Of a DNA stretch of 64,000 nt, positions 36,431 through 48,799 are shown piece by piece. The notes under the pieces are model-generated. The model saw only the letters and a list, made by a program, of their open reading frames with translations. It had not been told where the DNA came from and did not search any database. The stretch comes from Lama glama (lineage: Eukaryota): assembly GCA_028534125.1 (NCBI GenBank), contig CM052818.1, positions 48,300,001 through 48,364,000 of the forward strand, written 5' to 3'. Every line of letters starts with the position of its first letter. Position 1 is the first letter of the stretch. Both the position numbers and the translations under genes were made by a program.

Positions 36431-37229
36431 TTTTTTTTAACATGTTTATTTTCTACTGTACTTATCTTTCTGCTCTGGGAAAATGAGACAGTCATCATCT
36501 GACAGCAAATAGTTCTGAAATGCTGATGGGAATATTAGTAGGTTTATGCAGGCACAATGACTGAATATAAGCTACCCAGTAAGCTGATAAAATAAATCAT
36601 AACCCCAGTGACTTAGTGTAAGTGAAACAAAATACCTACAGTGGGATAGCCAGTGGCCGTAATCTTTATGGAATAATTGTGTGGCCAGTTTTACATTCCA
36701 GTTGATCACTACCTATGCATCAATAAGGCCCTATAAATAAAGACATTCCAGTTATTTCCCATTTACACGGCACTAAATCTTAACAGGCTGAAATTGAAAT
36801 TCAGATTCTGACACTGAAGAAGCAGGAACCCCTGAGCAGTGATTAAACCTGAGATCTGGCAGCAACTTCAAGTGAATTCTGTATTAAAACATGGGAAAGC
36901 CTTAAGCCTCAGCTAAAGTCATCCAATTCTTTCTTATTACTGATGAGGAAACATTGAACTCTCATTTAAAGTAACACACAACGCAGTTTGATTTCTGCAT
37001 GTGTGATGAATGATTGGGGCAGCCGTCCTCCCTTTCCATTGCCAAAGTTGCACACGTCTGTTACAAGGGCCTCATCTCCACCTGCTATGTGGATCTGATA
37101 TTTGCTTCTGCCCTTTCCAGAATACCTGCTGCTCTAACTTGACAGACACTCATAGGAAATGTGATGGAAACTGAGATGTGGCACCTCCAATCACCTTACA
37201 GGGCAAACAAAAACCCTCTCTGTTAAAAC

Positions 37230-37620
37230 ACACACAAAACGGTTCAAAGACTCCTCACAGATAAAATTTCAAAAAACATGAACTCATAATCAAGAACCTC
37301 TAAATACATAAAGAAAGAGAGAAGCATCATAAAAGAAAACAATGCAATTAGAGCTGTTAAAAATCGGTAACAGAATTCTTATATGTGTCATAAAAATAAG
37401 TATTTAATTTTGTTGAGAAAATAATGTTTTGAAAATTGATAAAAGAATAAGAAATTATCAAGAATTACTGAAAAGATTTTTTATAAAACCAAATAGAATC
37501 TGAAAATACACTATGTATTAATTGGCATTAGATATACAATGGAAATGTTAAACATAAATTAGATCCAACTGAAAAGAGAATTAGTAAACGAGAAGAGAGA
37601 TTTGAAGAAATCAGTATATT
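37230..37620 (+). mobile_element. Old L1/HAL1 ORF1-region fragment
   Basis: A-rich, with 'aaaccaaatagaat...ttagatccaactgaaaagagaattagtaaacgagaagagagatttgaagaaatca', characteristic of the L1 ORF1 coiled-coil region. Confidence 0.65.
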
Positions 37621-37839
37621 CCAAAAATCTAAATACAATAAAATACACAACTACATAAATTACTGTGATATTGAAAGACATCTGGGCCAAAAGAAGTTAT
37701 TAAAATAAGCTGGATTGAAACACAGATTATCTGCTTGGAAATTATGCTGTATTAAATCATACATTATATTTCAGTTATACTGAAAACATTTCTCAAGAAC
37801 AAAAGCAAATGTAGCCTGAGAACTTCTATAGCCAGTTAG

Positions 37840-38340
37840 TAAAAGAGTTTAAAAGTTTCTTAAAAAGTTAAACATAATGCTTATTTATATACTAGCCATA
37901 CCCCCAAATAATTGAAAACATACAGCTCCACAAAGACTGTACACAGATGTGCAAAACAGCTTTGTGTGGCATGTACATGTATTTTACATGTAATGCTGTT
38001 CAGGAAAAAATGAACGAATTTTGAACATAAACAAGGATAAATCAAAATAATTATGTTAACTAAAATAAGCCACCCCCCCAAATTGATACCACTTATTTGA
38101 TATTACAGAATATTGCAAATCTATCGTGACAGAAAATAGATACAGTGGTTTCCTGAAGGTGGGGTTAGAAGATGTGGGTTGCAAAGAGGCAAAAGAAATA
38201 TTTTGGGTCTGATGGAAATATTCAGTGTCTTGATTGTGCTAATGGTTTCACAGTGTGTGCGTATGATGAAACTTACCAATTTGCATGCCTTAAATATAAT
38301 TAGACTTAAATTTGAATTAAAAATTTGACTTAAATCAAAC
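37840..38340 (+). mobile_element. L1MD/L1ME-like 3' end
   Basis: 'gtttcttaaaaagttaaacata...ccacaaagactgtacacagatgt...aatctatcgtgacagaaaatagatacagtggtttcctg...gatggaaatattcagtgtcttgattgtg'. Confidence 0.8.
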
Positions 38341-38609
38341 ATCTTAACATTGAAATGTAGAGTTTAGTATATATACATATGCAAGAGATGACTATGCATA
38401 TGCAAATAATGAGGGTGATGAATCTGTACCATTGCAAGATTTGTATGTTATTCTCTTGCTAGCGGCAAAGAATAGAAAATACAATTAATTACAATCGTAA
38501 ATACTTGAGAATAAATTTGACACAAATTATTGAGGAATTTAATGCTATGAACTACAAAACAACATTGTTGGTAACTGAAAAGCACATAAATAGAGAAAAA
38601 TAAACATAA

Positions 38610-39400
38610 CAGCATCTCATGAATTTTAGTACGTATTTCTCTAATGATTCATGATGTTGAGCATCTTTTCATGTGCTTATTTGATGTCAGTATATCTTCT
38701 TTCATGAAGTTTCTGTACAAGCATTTTTGATTATTTTTAAACTGGGTTTTTGATTTTCTTACTGTTGATTTTTTAGAGGTCTTTACATATTACAGATATA
38801 TAATCTCTATTACACATATATTTTGCAGTATTTTCTCTTAGATTGTGGCCTGTCTTTTTAACTGTCTTAATAGATAATTTCTTTCAAAGAGCAGAAGTTT
38901 CTAACGCTGGTAGGGCTTTTTTTGTTGTTTTGTTTTTTATGTACTGTGCTTTTCATGGCATATCTGAGAAATCTTTATCTAATCTAAGATTTATGTTTTC
39001 TTTAAGATGTTTTGTAGTTTTTGGTTTTACATTTAACTCTATGATCTATTTCAGGGTTACTTTTATTTATGGAGTGACGTAAGTACAGAAATGTTTTGCT
39101 TTTTCATATTTTTGCATGTGATGTCCAATTGTTCAACGCTGTTGAAAAGATTATTCATTCTCCGTTGAATTGGCTTTACAACTTTGTCAAAAATAAATTT
39201 TCTGCATATGTTTGGATTGATTTCTGGACTCTATTCTTCTTCAATGAACCATGTGTCACCTTTTTTTTTTTTTTCAATACTACATGCCTGAAACACTCTA
39301 GCTTTATAATATCTTACATCCAGTCACGTGAGTCTAACAGGTTAGTTCTTTTCTTCCAAGATGTTGATTTCTTTTTTTTTCTACTATAAGTTTGAGGATG
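38610..39400 (-). mobile_element. L1M ORF2 fragment (antisense)
   Basis: 'tttctctaatgattcatgatgttgagcatcttttcatgtgcttatt', 'caaagagcagaagtttct', 'gatgtccaattgttc...gttgaaaagattattc', 'tttctggactctattc'. Confidence 0.85.
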
Positions 39401-39484
39401 AGTTGCTTTTGTGATTTGCCATTTGAACACAGAACAACGCCCTAGCTATAGAAATGATTTTCCACTCCTGAAGCAAGACACCGT

Positions 39485-40500
39485 GTACATCACCCAGTGC
39501 ACTCAAGTCCTGAGGGCCTCCTGTCTGGCTGGGAGAACAGGCACTAATACGGGCCCTGTGTGAGCCCTGGGAACTGTCACCTTCATCCTTTGCCCCGGGT
39601 GCATGTGCTGGTCTGCGCTCATCAAAGATGAAGCAGGGACCTTCTGCAGATCTCTCGGGGGCTTCGTCTGTGTCGCTCTATTCCACACTCTCACCGAGAG
39701 CATACTAGGGAAGAGCAAATCTGACTCCATATGACATCTGTTTGTTGAGCTCTAACCCTGTGCTGAGTCACGCTGGTTCTGCACCTTTTGCGAGAGAGTG
39801 TTGCCTAGAGCCTGAAATATACAGAAAAGCCCGTTCTCAGGGCTCTAATCTTTAAGCAGGTAACATTTTTCCATTCATATAGGGATAACCAGTCGCAGAA
39901 AAGAGAATAACATTTGTCTTGTTGGAGGCTTACAGGAACATCATGACCTGAGCCACATGGACAGCTGCAAGAACAAAGGATTCCAACACCAAGATGTTTG
40001 CAACAACCAACCATGCCACCCTGTTTAGTATAAAAGGAGCCTGAAGTCTGATTTGGGCAAGATGGTTCTCCAGGACATTAGTCTGCCATTTTCTCAGTCA
40101 GCTGGCTTTCCAAAAAGTTACTGTTCCTTGCCCCAACATCTCATCTCCCAATTCGCTGGCCTGTCTTGCAGCGAGCAGAGCAAGTTTGGACTCAGGAACA
40201 AGAATGCAAGCTGCTCAGTGTCCCAGACTCTCAGCTCTGTCCCCGCACCTTGGGGAGTCTGTCTGCTGGCTTCCCCTCCTGCTCCAGGCCCTGGAACTTT
40301 CTGAGGGCTACCCGATGGGAGATCTGAGGGTCCACCAGGTTTGTTTCCCATCTCTCAGGTACCACCATTTCTTGTCTCCTGAGGGACAGGGTCCTGAAAA
40401 ACTTTGTTTCATCAATAGTCTCCATTTTTGGGGTTATTTATTTAGAGAGAGTCATCTGATCCCTAATGCTCCATCTTGGCCAAAAGCGCGAGTCCACCGT
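39485..40500 (-). mobile_element. Old L1 (L1MD-like) 5' region, interrupted by a solo LTR at 39701-40200
   Basis: 'gtctggctgggagaacaggcactaatacgggccctgtgtgagc...ggaccttctgcagatctct' resumes after the LTR as 'gactctcagctctgtcccc...gtttgtttcccatctctcagg'. Confidence 0.7.
39701..40200 (+). mobile_element. ERV1-type solo LTR (MER41-like artiodactyl family)
   Basis: About 500 bp. Starts '...agggaagagcaaatctgactccatat' (the 5' TG is degenerate) and ends 'tttggactcaggaaca'. TATAAAA at 40029-40035. Candidate 4-bp TSD AGAG/AGAA. Confidence 0.85.
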
Positions 40501-41444
40501 CACACATTTTCAGACGCTTCTCACATTTGTCTCTTTTTCAGCATTCAATAGTTTATTTTCTGAAAGTTCCAAATTTCAAGTTGACAGTACACGAGAACGT
40601 ACCTGGAGTGAAGTTTTATTCCTTAGTGGGCTTGTAAAACAGTGGCCCTCACAATAGGATTTCTCTTAAATTAGAAAAAAATAAAAATAAAAAAGAATTC
40701 TATATTACAAGTCCAGGTCAGATGTCACCTCCTCGGCTGCAAAGCCTTTTCTCCTTTCTCTGACTGCTCCAAAGCACATAACAAGTCATTTACATTTTGG
40801 GGAGAGGGGTGAGAGGGATGGAAAGAGAAAAGGAAGACAGAAAAGGAGGGGAAGGAAAAAAATCTGCTCTGGAAATCAAATATCTAAACTCTAGGTTCTC
40901 TTTTTAAGCGATTAGAATTGGCCCTGAGCACAATTTCCAGTCTCCTGGGACTTCTCTCCTTTTCCTGTTATCAACTCCTACCTACAGCCTGCAGCCCTCA
41001 TATAGAATTTCACATCCTTTAACCAGCAGCTAATGCAGAAAAAAATGTGAATTTATGAAGTATCCAGTCATTTGGAACTTGAGACCATGTTTACTCTAGC
41101 TGTTTAAACTGTTCTCAATGCACGCTCAAGCAAGTTTAACACCAAACTGAAAGCTAAGAAATAATTAACTACTTGACAGATCATTTTGAAGAATTTTTAG
41201 CACATTCGTTTACATCCATTGTTTTTTTAACGTTCCTTTAAATTATCTTCATTTGGTATACACAATTTATCAATCCAGGTTATGAAATGTGCATGAGCCT
41301 TTAAAAATAGGTATATTTTATACATGTGTATAGTAATACACAATCTCAGCCCTCTGTAAATGAACTTCCTCACTCACCTGTCATGTCCTCGGTGTCCCCA
41401 GTGATCCAGCGAGGTTTCACTGAACTTCTGGATTCTTCTCGATA

Positions 41445-41660
41445 ATTAAACAGTACTAACAGCTAATATTTACTGAGTCAGATGCTATTCTCCGTGTGTT
41501 CCCTGCACTGAGCCACTTAGTTTGAACTGCTGGTCCATTTTCTGATGAGAAACGTGAGGCACCATTAAGACCCTTACAAATGTTTGCACAGCTCTCAGTA
41601 CAAAGCTGGGACTTAAGAGAGCTGCCCGGCTTCAGATACCACCTCCATCACCCCTACTAC
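41445..41660 (-). mobile_element. MIR (antisense)
   Basis: 'aacagctaatatttactgag...ccattttctgatgagaaacgtgaggcac...aaagctgggactt'. Confidence 0.65.
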
Positions 41661-42007
41661 GGGGCCTCTCAGGCTGTGTGTATTTTTAATTTTAGATGTA
41701 ATCCAGAGTTTCCTGAAAACTTAAAGCCCAAACTGAAAGTTTTTCCAAAACAATGAAGATATTTTAAGCATCCAGCTCTAATTCGCTGTCAGCCTGGTCA
41801 AGGGAGGGGGCAGTCTGCACGTGTGCATTTGAAGACGAGTAAGGTTCTCGGCAGCCCCAGCTGAGCCATTTCCCCTGTTCCTCTGTTTTCAGAACCTTCC
41901 TTTTCAGTCTCGTCTTTGCGCTCCCTCCTTTTACCCTCTCTCCTTTCTTTTAGCCTGCCATGCTGATTTTATTCCCAAGTTGTGTTCAGTTCTATGCTCT
42001 GATGTGG

Positions 42008-42060
42008 AAAAAAATAATAAAAATAAAAATTAAACAAACAAACAAACAAACAAACAAAAC
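42008..42060. repeat. A-rich tract with (AAAC)n microsatellite
   Basis: 'aaacaaacaaacaaacaaacaaacaaaac'. Confidence 0.9.
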
Positions 42061-42099
42061 AGTGTCAAGATTCTGGCGGGGCTGCTGGTGTGATCAGGG

Positions 42100-42220
42100 A
42101 TGAGGCGCTGACTTTCCATCCAGGCCCCGCCCCTCCCCCGCCGTCACCAGGCACAGTGCTTACAAACGCGCCTTCATCTCGACCGGGGAAGTGGTGCCAC
42201 AGCTCAGGTACCCACTGGGC
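42100..42220. promoter_or_regulatory. Candidate GC-box/ETS regulatory element
   Basis: Perfect Sp/KLF box GCCCCGCCCC (42124-42133), adjacent CCCCCGCC, GGAAGT (42187-42192), local CpG enrichment. Motif evidence only. Confidence 0.3.
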
Positions 42221-44939
42221 TTTTCTTTGCTTCTGACAGAAGGGATACAGAGTTTATATTTAAAGAAAGAAAAATGAAAGGGTTTTCTGAATCTCCGACA
42301 GAAAATGGCGGGCCTTTTTCATGTCCCACTCAGGCTGGATCTTCGCAGAAGGGAACCTGGCAGCCTCCGCAAACAAAGGGGGCTCTGGGCAGAGCTCTTC
42401 CTGTGAAGGTCAAGGTTTTATTTATAGTCACGTTCCATTCAGAAAGAATAAAGAATCAATACAGACACGAAGCTGACATCCGTCGTCCACAGGCCCTGGT
42501 ATTTTCAAGTGCCACACGGAGGGGCTTCCTGCAGAGCAGTGTGGTCCCTGCGCACACAGTCTCCACGGTCGGTCACCGCATCCCGGATGCAGAATTCATC
42601 CTGCTTATGCTTTGCTATGTTTGATTCACTCGAATGTACTGGCCGTTCTCCCTGCCCTACAACATGTTAGTAGCGTCACACATCGCAGGGACTTCTAACA
42701 CTGCGTCTTCCTCTCCAGGAGTCCCCTGGTTACAGGGGCGGAGGGTCATGCCATGTGTACTTAATGGGACTTACGAGCTGCCCGGGACCAAGGGGCTCCA
42801 TGGCTGAGACGGCCCGTAATCGCGCCGGGCGGGGGCCGATTCCGGCTCCAGCAGCAACAGCAGGGAGAGGCCACGGCCTCTTCTCTGGTCACGTGTTCCA
42901 CCGCAGTGACATCTTTCAGACTATTACCTGAATGGTCCATTAAGCATATTGAAGATGAGGCAGAATCCTTCAGCCAGACAGAACACTTTAACCTCTTTTT
43001 ATCCTTGGATTTTTACTCCCACAAAGAAGCCATCAGGCTACAGTAAGAATTCTCTGTACATCACAGGTTTGCAGTTTCCTCTTTCTCTGCCCCTGGCCTC
43101 AAAGGAATGTTATGGATTTACACTGGCCATGTTCCCTACACAGAGAAGTGCAGGCGCCCGGGTGGGGCGTCTCTGGCATAAGATGCTGGGGCTGCTTTTC
43201 CTGAAATTTCATTTACGCTGCTGAGATGGATGTGTGCATGTGTCCATATAAATGCAGCAAGGGGTGGAGCATGAAGTTTGCCATTCCCATAGCTGTTCGA
43301 AGCAAGGAGGGCAGTGTGTGTGACGAGCGGGGTCAAAAATACAAAGATGTTGAAAGTGGTACCTCGCCAAGGCCACGCCTGTGAACGTCTTCTGTCCCCC
43401 AGGGAAAAGGTCAGCAGGCCAGGGAGTAACGCTGTCTCCCTGACTCACCCCCTGGGCTGCCCTTCCCTCTGTCCCTGCTGTCCCCAAGCCCAGCCCTGGA
43501 CGTGGCAGTGTCCCCCGCACTCCCCACCCTCCCCGGCGGAGCCTCACGGCCTGGGTTCCCATGGCAGGCTCAGGGTGGCCAGACAGGTCAAGTTCACAGA
43601 ATGTTCACACACATACTTGGAAAACAAGAATCAAGGGCTTTTATCCGGGGTAATCCCCAGTGGGAAAAGAGCCAGAATCGGAGCAGAAAAAGTAATAAAA
43701 TAAAGGAAGCCACCTAATCGTCCGCGTTTATTGGCACAGATATGAATCACGGTTCCTGAACTTCAGATGCTGCTGGTAGAGTTCTCTGAGCGCGTACGGT
43801 CCGGGCGGGGGCTTCGACTCTTCAAGGCGCAGACAGAACGCACCACTGATGTGCTTAAACTCCTGTTAAGGTTTGAGAGCTCTTTTCAGTCTAATAAATA
43901 CTAAAGTAATTATATTCTTAGTAAGCCTCTTATTCTTATTTTAAAGTAAGAATTTTTTTTTCTTATAAAAATCTGTAACTGAAATTTTGGAGGCTACAAA
44001 ATATAGAAAGAAAAATTCTAAATTCCATGATCTCAGTTTCCAGAAGAAAAACTGTGAAAACCATTTTGGTATAATATCTTTTTTCCTCCTCTGCTCATAT
44101 TTATATATACTTTATTATTATTTAGATCATGCTGAACATACAACTTTCGTTCTATGCTTTTCACACACAACATTATATTATGAACAATTTCTAATACATT
44201 TTTTTTTTGGTTTATTTGTCTACTTGCAGGATCCCAGCTTCATTCTACTCACAGATTGGCTTAAGTGTGAATTCTTGAGAAACGTCATTTGAAACTATGT
44301 ATTTAAGTCAATGATAGACTTTATGCTTCTACCAATTTCTTAGAAATTCCTGGAAGAAAGAAAACATTATTTATATAGATGTATACCGCAAACTTATGCA
44401 ATAAATTTTTTTAACTTTTCATTTTCTTCTGGAGATAAATTAGAAATGTATAATTTTAGAGCCATAGGGACTTAGGATACCATTTGATTTGAAAGCTACC
44501 CTCATCCTCAGAGGCTAACTTGTGGCACCTTCCTGCGGCACAGCTGCTTTGGGTGCAGAGCTTGGATGATGTGTGGGATTGCTGGGCTGCGCAGAGAAAG
44601 TGCCCAGAATAGCTCTGCAGTCCTGCTGCGCGGGGAGCCTCCAAGACTGCTTCCAGGGATTTTTGTTTGTTTGATTTTTGGTTTTTGGTATTTTTTTCCC
44701 CACAGCTCAGGAAACTAAGGTCCGGGAAGTTAACTAACTTTCTTAGGAAAATATAATCCAGAAATAGAACTCTTTCTTCACAGTGTTCTGGTGCTTTATC
44801 TGTGTCACTGCATAAAATATCTCGTAGACTGAAGCGTATTCATCTAAGCATTACATCAATGCTAATTCTGCTAACGAGAAGTTGACTTAGGTCTTATAAT
44901 TTCAGCCCTTCATTGGTTTCCAGGTCACGTAGTCCCCTG

Positions 44940-45102
44940 ATAGTGGGACAACAGAAAGAAGCTGGACTGCGTTTAGATGGATCTGGTTTTGAATCTCAGC
45001 TCCTCCATTTACTGGCTGCATGGTGTCAAGATATTTCATTTTTTGTAGCTTTTATATTTTCAGCCGTAAATATGAAATGATGATGGTGGTGGTGGTGGTG
45101 GT
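44940..45102 (+). mobile_element. MIR 5' half ending in (TGG)n
   Basis: 'atctggttttgaatctcagctcctccatttactggctgcatg...cagccgtaaatatgaaatgatgatggtggtggtggtggtgg'. Confidence 0.7.
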
Positions 45103-46571
45103 GTAAGAACAGCCCCAGAATTTGTTGTCTAGCCCACCCTGGACACCTTCTAAGTGTTACATTTTCTCCTTCCTACTTAGGGCTGGTTTCTTCCTGCAGA
45201 CACAGTAGGTGTGAAAATACTCATGGACGGATGCAGACCTGGGGCAGAGACGACGGATGCTGCCCCAGAGGTTAGTGTGGGGCCAGGGTGAGAGCTGCTG
45301 CCTTGTTGGGCTCCTGACCCGGAATCTTCTCCCATCTTCATGTGACTCTGTATTATTCCTATAAGACAGCGAGAGTCAAGACTCCTAGATGATACATTTT
45401 TAGTACAAAGTCCGTCAGTTGATAAAAGTATCAGAGTCACTATATAAATTTATTTGACCTTCAAGTTCATATTAATCCGTGGATGCCACATTGCCTTTTC
45501 AGCAAAGAGCAAAACCCACTGTAAAGACCAGGTTGCCCCTGGGGAGCAGAGTTTGGACTTCTGCAATCACATCTCCCCCATTTAAGCAGCCCCAGCATGG
45601 GTGTGAGACGCCAGCTAACCTGGGCTCCTCCAGCCACCCACACGCACCCGTAGCTTGCTGGATCTGACTTTATCAATGGCCTCAGCAACGGCCACGGCCT
45701 TCTGAATGTGTGTCTGATCATCAGCCACATCCACATCCCCTTTCTACTTGGGCCTTTCCTTTTATGTTTTACTCTAATTGAAGGAGGACCTTTCGATGAA
45801 AGTATCACTTCTCCTGAGAGCAGAAACGGAGGCTGCAGCCCCTCTTCTCTCCCCAGCCCAGGTCCCCCCCTTATGGTGGCACCTTTGTGGGGAGGCTCCA
45901 GCCCCCGGGGCTGTGCCAAGCGCACCACCTCCCCTTACTGGCTCCCCAGACCTGGGTCTGCAAAATGACAGCACAATGTGTCACTGAGGCCAGAAAAGAG
46001 AATTCCGCACATCTTCAGGGCCTTGTGGAGACTCAGGGTCAGAGAGGCAGGAAAGTCCAGGGTCTCTGGTACCCAGAACTGACAGAGGGGAGGTCATGCT
46101 GATCCCGCGTTGTGGCCCTTTGGCCCTGTGGTGAGGATCACACGTGTGAATACATGAAAACTCTGTGAACGCGAGTGTGAATAACACACACACATGCATT
46201 ATTCAGATTAATTTAGTACCAGAAAATCAACTTCAAAACGCATTAAACTTTTTCGGTGTCCTTAACTTGTTGGGACTTTTCAGGATTTTAGAACAAATCT
46301 TTGTAGTCAAGTTAAGTGGTTTTCCTAGAGATGGAGAGTCATCCTTGGAAAGTGTTAGTCATACCAGCGGAGCTTTGGGTTTGCCAGACCATTCTGGCAG
46401 ACTTAATGCTGGAGATGAAAAGTGAAGTAGTTAGGGATTCCTGAATTTAGACTTGTTTCTGCAATTCTGTAATCTAACTGTATGGCTTCTTGACATTCTT
46501 GGTCTGAGTGGGTACCAGGCGCCTGACCCAGGCTGCCTGCTGTTTTGTGGTGTGGGACTCAGTGATGTTAA

Positions 46572-46575
46572 GGAC

Positions 46576-46606
<31 letters not shown>

Positions 46607-46631
46607 CAGAGACAGACAGAGACAGAGAGAG
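46572..46631. repeat. (GA)n/(GACAGA)n compound microsatellite
   Basis: 'gacagagagagagagagacagagacagagacagacagagacagacagagacagagaga'. Confidence 0.95.
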
Positions 46632-47289
46632 GGGCCAGCGGGCTCCACAACCCAAGACACGTGGGTGGTAAAAAAAATGGACTAAAGACGTCTGTGTGGA
46701 AGCAGGTGAGAATGTCTTTGTTCGTGCCTCCTACTGTCCTGTAACTTCTCAGGAGAAGGAGACACTGGGAGCGAACCTTGCACAATATGGAAGGCTGTCA
46801 GTTGGAATGTCTTCCAGAACTTGGAGTCTGCTCAAATCCATCCTGACACATCTGCTACTTTACACTCTGTTCATTTGAATTCCCGTTGCCATCAATACAT
46901 ATGAGAATTTCTGCAGGCTCCAGAAGGCCTCAGATGCTCCCCGGTGAGACACATCTGTTGAGGTTCTCAGGAAAGATGCTGACTGCTATTATGAATATTC
47001 CATGGGAAAATGCATTTTATTAAAAGGTTGCTGAGGTGCGGAGGGCACTTGGATCAGTGACCGGTGTGACGTTTGTGTCAATGTCCTCTTTCAGTTAGCT
47101 TTCATACTCAACAGTTCTTTTATTTTTTAAATAATTTAAAAATAAAATGTATTTGCAAAAATAGTTGCACATTCACAAAAATGGCAAAGATAATACAGTA
47201 GTTAACAGATTTGATTATATAAAAATACTTAAAATAATGGTATGTATACATATGTGCCTGCCATCTGAGCATTGGTCCTCCACCACACC

Positions 47290-47560
47290 ATCTCTTCATC
47301 ATTGCTCTATTTCCCTGCCTTGGGTCAAGCCGCACCGCCTATGCCTGTTGCTACGTCCTGGGAAACGACAGCTTCTAACTGATAACCAGAAAGTCCCCCG
47401 TATCATTACACTCTTCCAGGAAGGTGACGTCCACCCCTTTGCCCCAACTCAGCCCCGTGTCTCCTCTAAGCAGCCCCCTCTCCACGGAGCCCTGCGCGGG
47501 AGACAGCTGGTTTCCTAACCCCAGCATTTATCAGAAGCACATCCTCCTTGCTCACATTGC
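47290..47560 (+). mobile_element. L2 fragment
   Basis: 'ctgccttgggtcaagcc...acagcttctaactg...ccctctccacggagcc...tttcctaac...cctccttgctca' follows the L2 order. Confidence 0.5.
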
Positions 47561-47664
47561 ACTCATTTATTCTCTCTCTTTTTTCTAACTGAGTCCTCTT
47601 TTAATACAACGTTACAGTCCTCATGCTTTTAACAATTAAGCCTTTTGTTGCTCTGGAACGCTAA

Positions 47665-47830
47665 TTTTCTTTTTGTTAAATTATAATTGATTTACAGTGC
47701 GGTAGTTTCAGGTGCACAGCAAAGTGATTCAGTTACACACACACATGTATATCTACTCTTTTTCAGATTCCTTTCCATCACAGGTCACCACAAGACACTG
47801 AATATAGTTCCATGTGCTGCACAGTAGGTC
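47665..47830 (-). mobile_element. Cetartiodactyl-type L1 3' end, 5'-truncated (antisense)
   Basis: 'tataattgatttacagtgcggtagtttcaggtgcacagcaaagtgattcagttaca...ttttcagattcctttcc...caagacactgaatatagttccatgtgctgcacagtaggtcc'. Confidence 0.9.
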
Positions 47831-47840
47831 CTTGTTTTTA

Positions 47841-48079
47841 TTTATTTTATTTATTTTATTTTTTAAAAGATTTTTATTGAGATATAGTCATTTTACAATG
47901 TCACGTCAAATTCCAGTGTAGAGGACAATTTTTCAATTATACATGAACATACATACATTCGTTGTCACATTCTCTTCCACTGTGAGCCACCACAAGATCC
48001 TGTATATATTTCCCTGTGCTACACAGTACAATCTTGCTTATCTATTCTACTTTTTGAAATCCCAGTCTGTCCCTTCCCA
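47841..48079 (-). mobile_element. Younger camelid-type L1 3' end, 5'-truncated (antisense), with perfect 10-bp TSD
   Basis: T-rich tail then 'ttttacaatgtcacgtcaaattccagtgtagag...caagatcctgtatatatttccctgtgctacacagta'. Flanked by CTTGTTTTTA at 47831-47840 and 48080-48089. Confidence 0.9.
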
Positions 48080-48454
48080 CTTGTTTTTAAAAAGAGACGT
48101 TTACGAATTGGGCATTCAGACACCCCACCCTTGACTTCTCTTCATCACTCTGTCCTGATCTCCAGGGCAGTCCACACGCACGGAAGGTGGAGAGCCACCA
48201 TCAAGCACCCCGTTTCCTCCACCATCCTGGCACCACCCTGCGTGACGTCAGCATCTCCACAGGTGACATCCCCACAGTTTGATCTCTTGGTGCCTCGCTG
48301 TAATGGACCGTTTTCTCCCTGCCCCAACTCATCCACCTACTTCTATGCTACGTCTTCGCAACCAGTAACCACAGCGCCCGCAGAATGTCTGTTTTAAACA
48401 CCCTGCCCTTTGATCCTTACTTCCCACCCCAACAATTCAGGTAGCAGGTCCTCC

Positions 48455-48655
48455 GGTGTTCGCCTGCCCAGGCTGCCATCACTACACACCACAGCCTGGT
48501 GGCTTAGACAACAGAAATTCAGTTTCTCACAGGTCTTCAGCCTCGAAGTCCAAGATCAAGGCTGCGGCTGGTTCAGGTTCCAGGGAGGGCGCTCCCCTGG
48601 CTCGCAGACAGCTGCCTTCTTGGTAGGACCTCACGTGGCCTTTCCTTGGAGCCTG
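48455..48655 (-). mobile_element. MaLR LTR (MLT1A/B-like) fragment (antisense)
   Basis: 'ggctgccatcactacacaccacagcctggtggcttagacaacagaaattcagtttctcacag...gaagtccaagatcaagg...gcagacagctgccttcttg...cctcacgtggcctttcct'. Confidence 0.9.
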
Positions 48656-48799
48656 CAAACATTCGCCTCAGAGGAAGAAGTATCAGAACCCAAGCCTGAG
48701 CATGGGTACTGAGAGAATTAACCCAATGAAACATATGACTAACTCTGCACTTCTTAATTGATTTAAGTAATGATACTGTGACATGTAATTCATGCGGAA

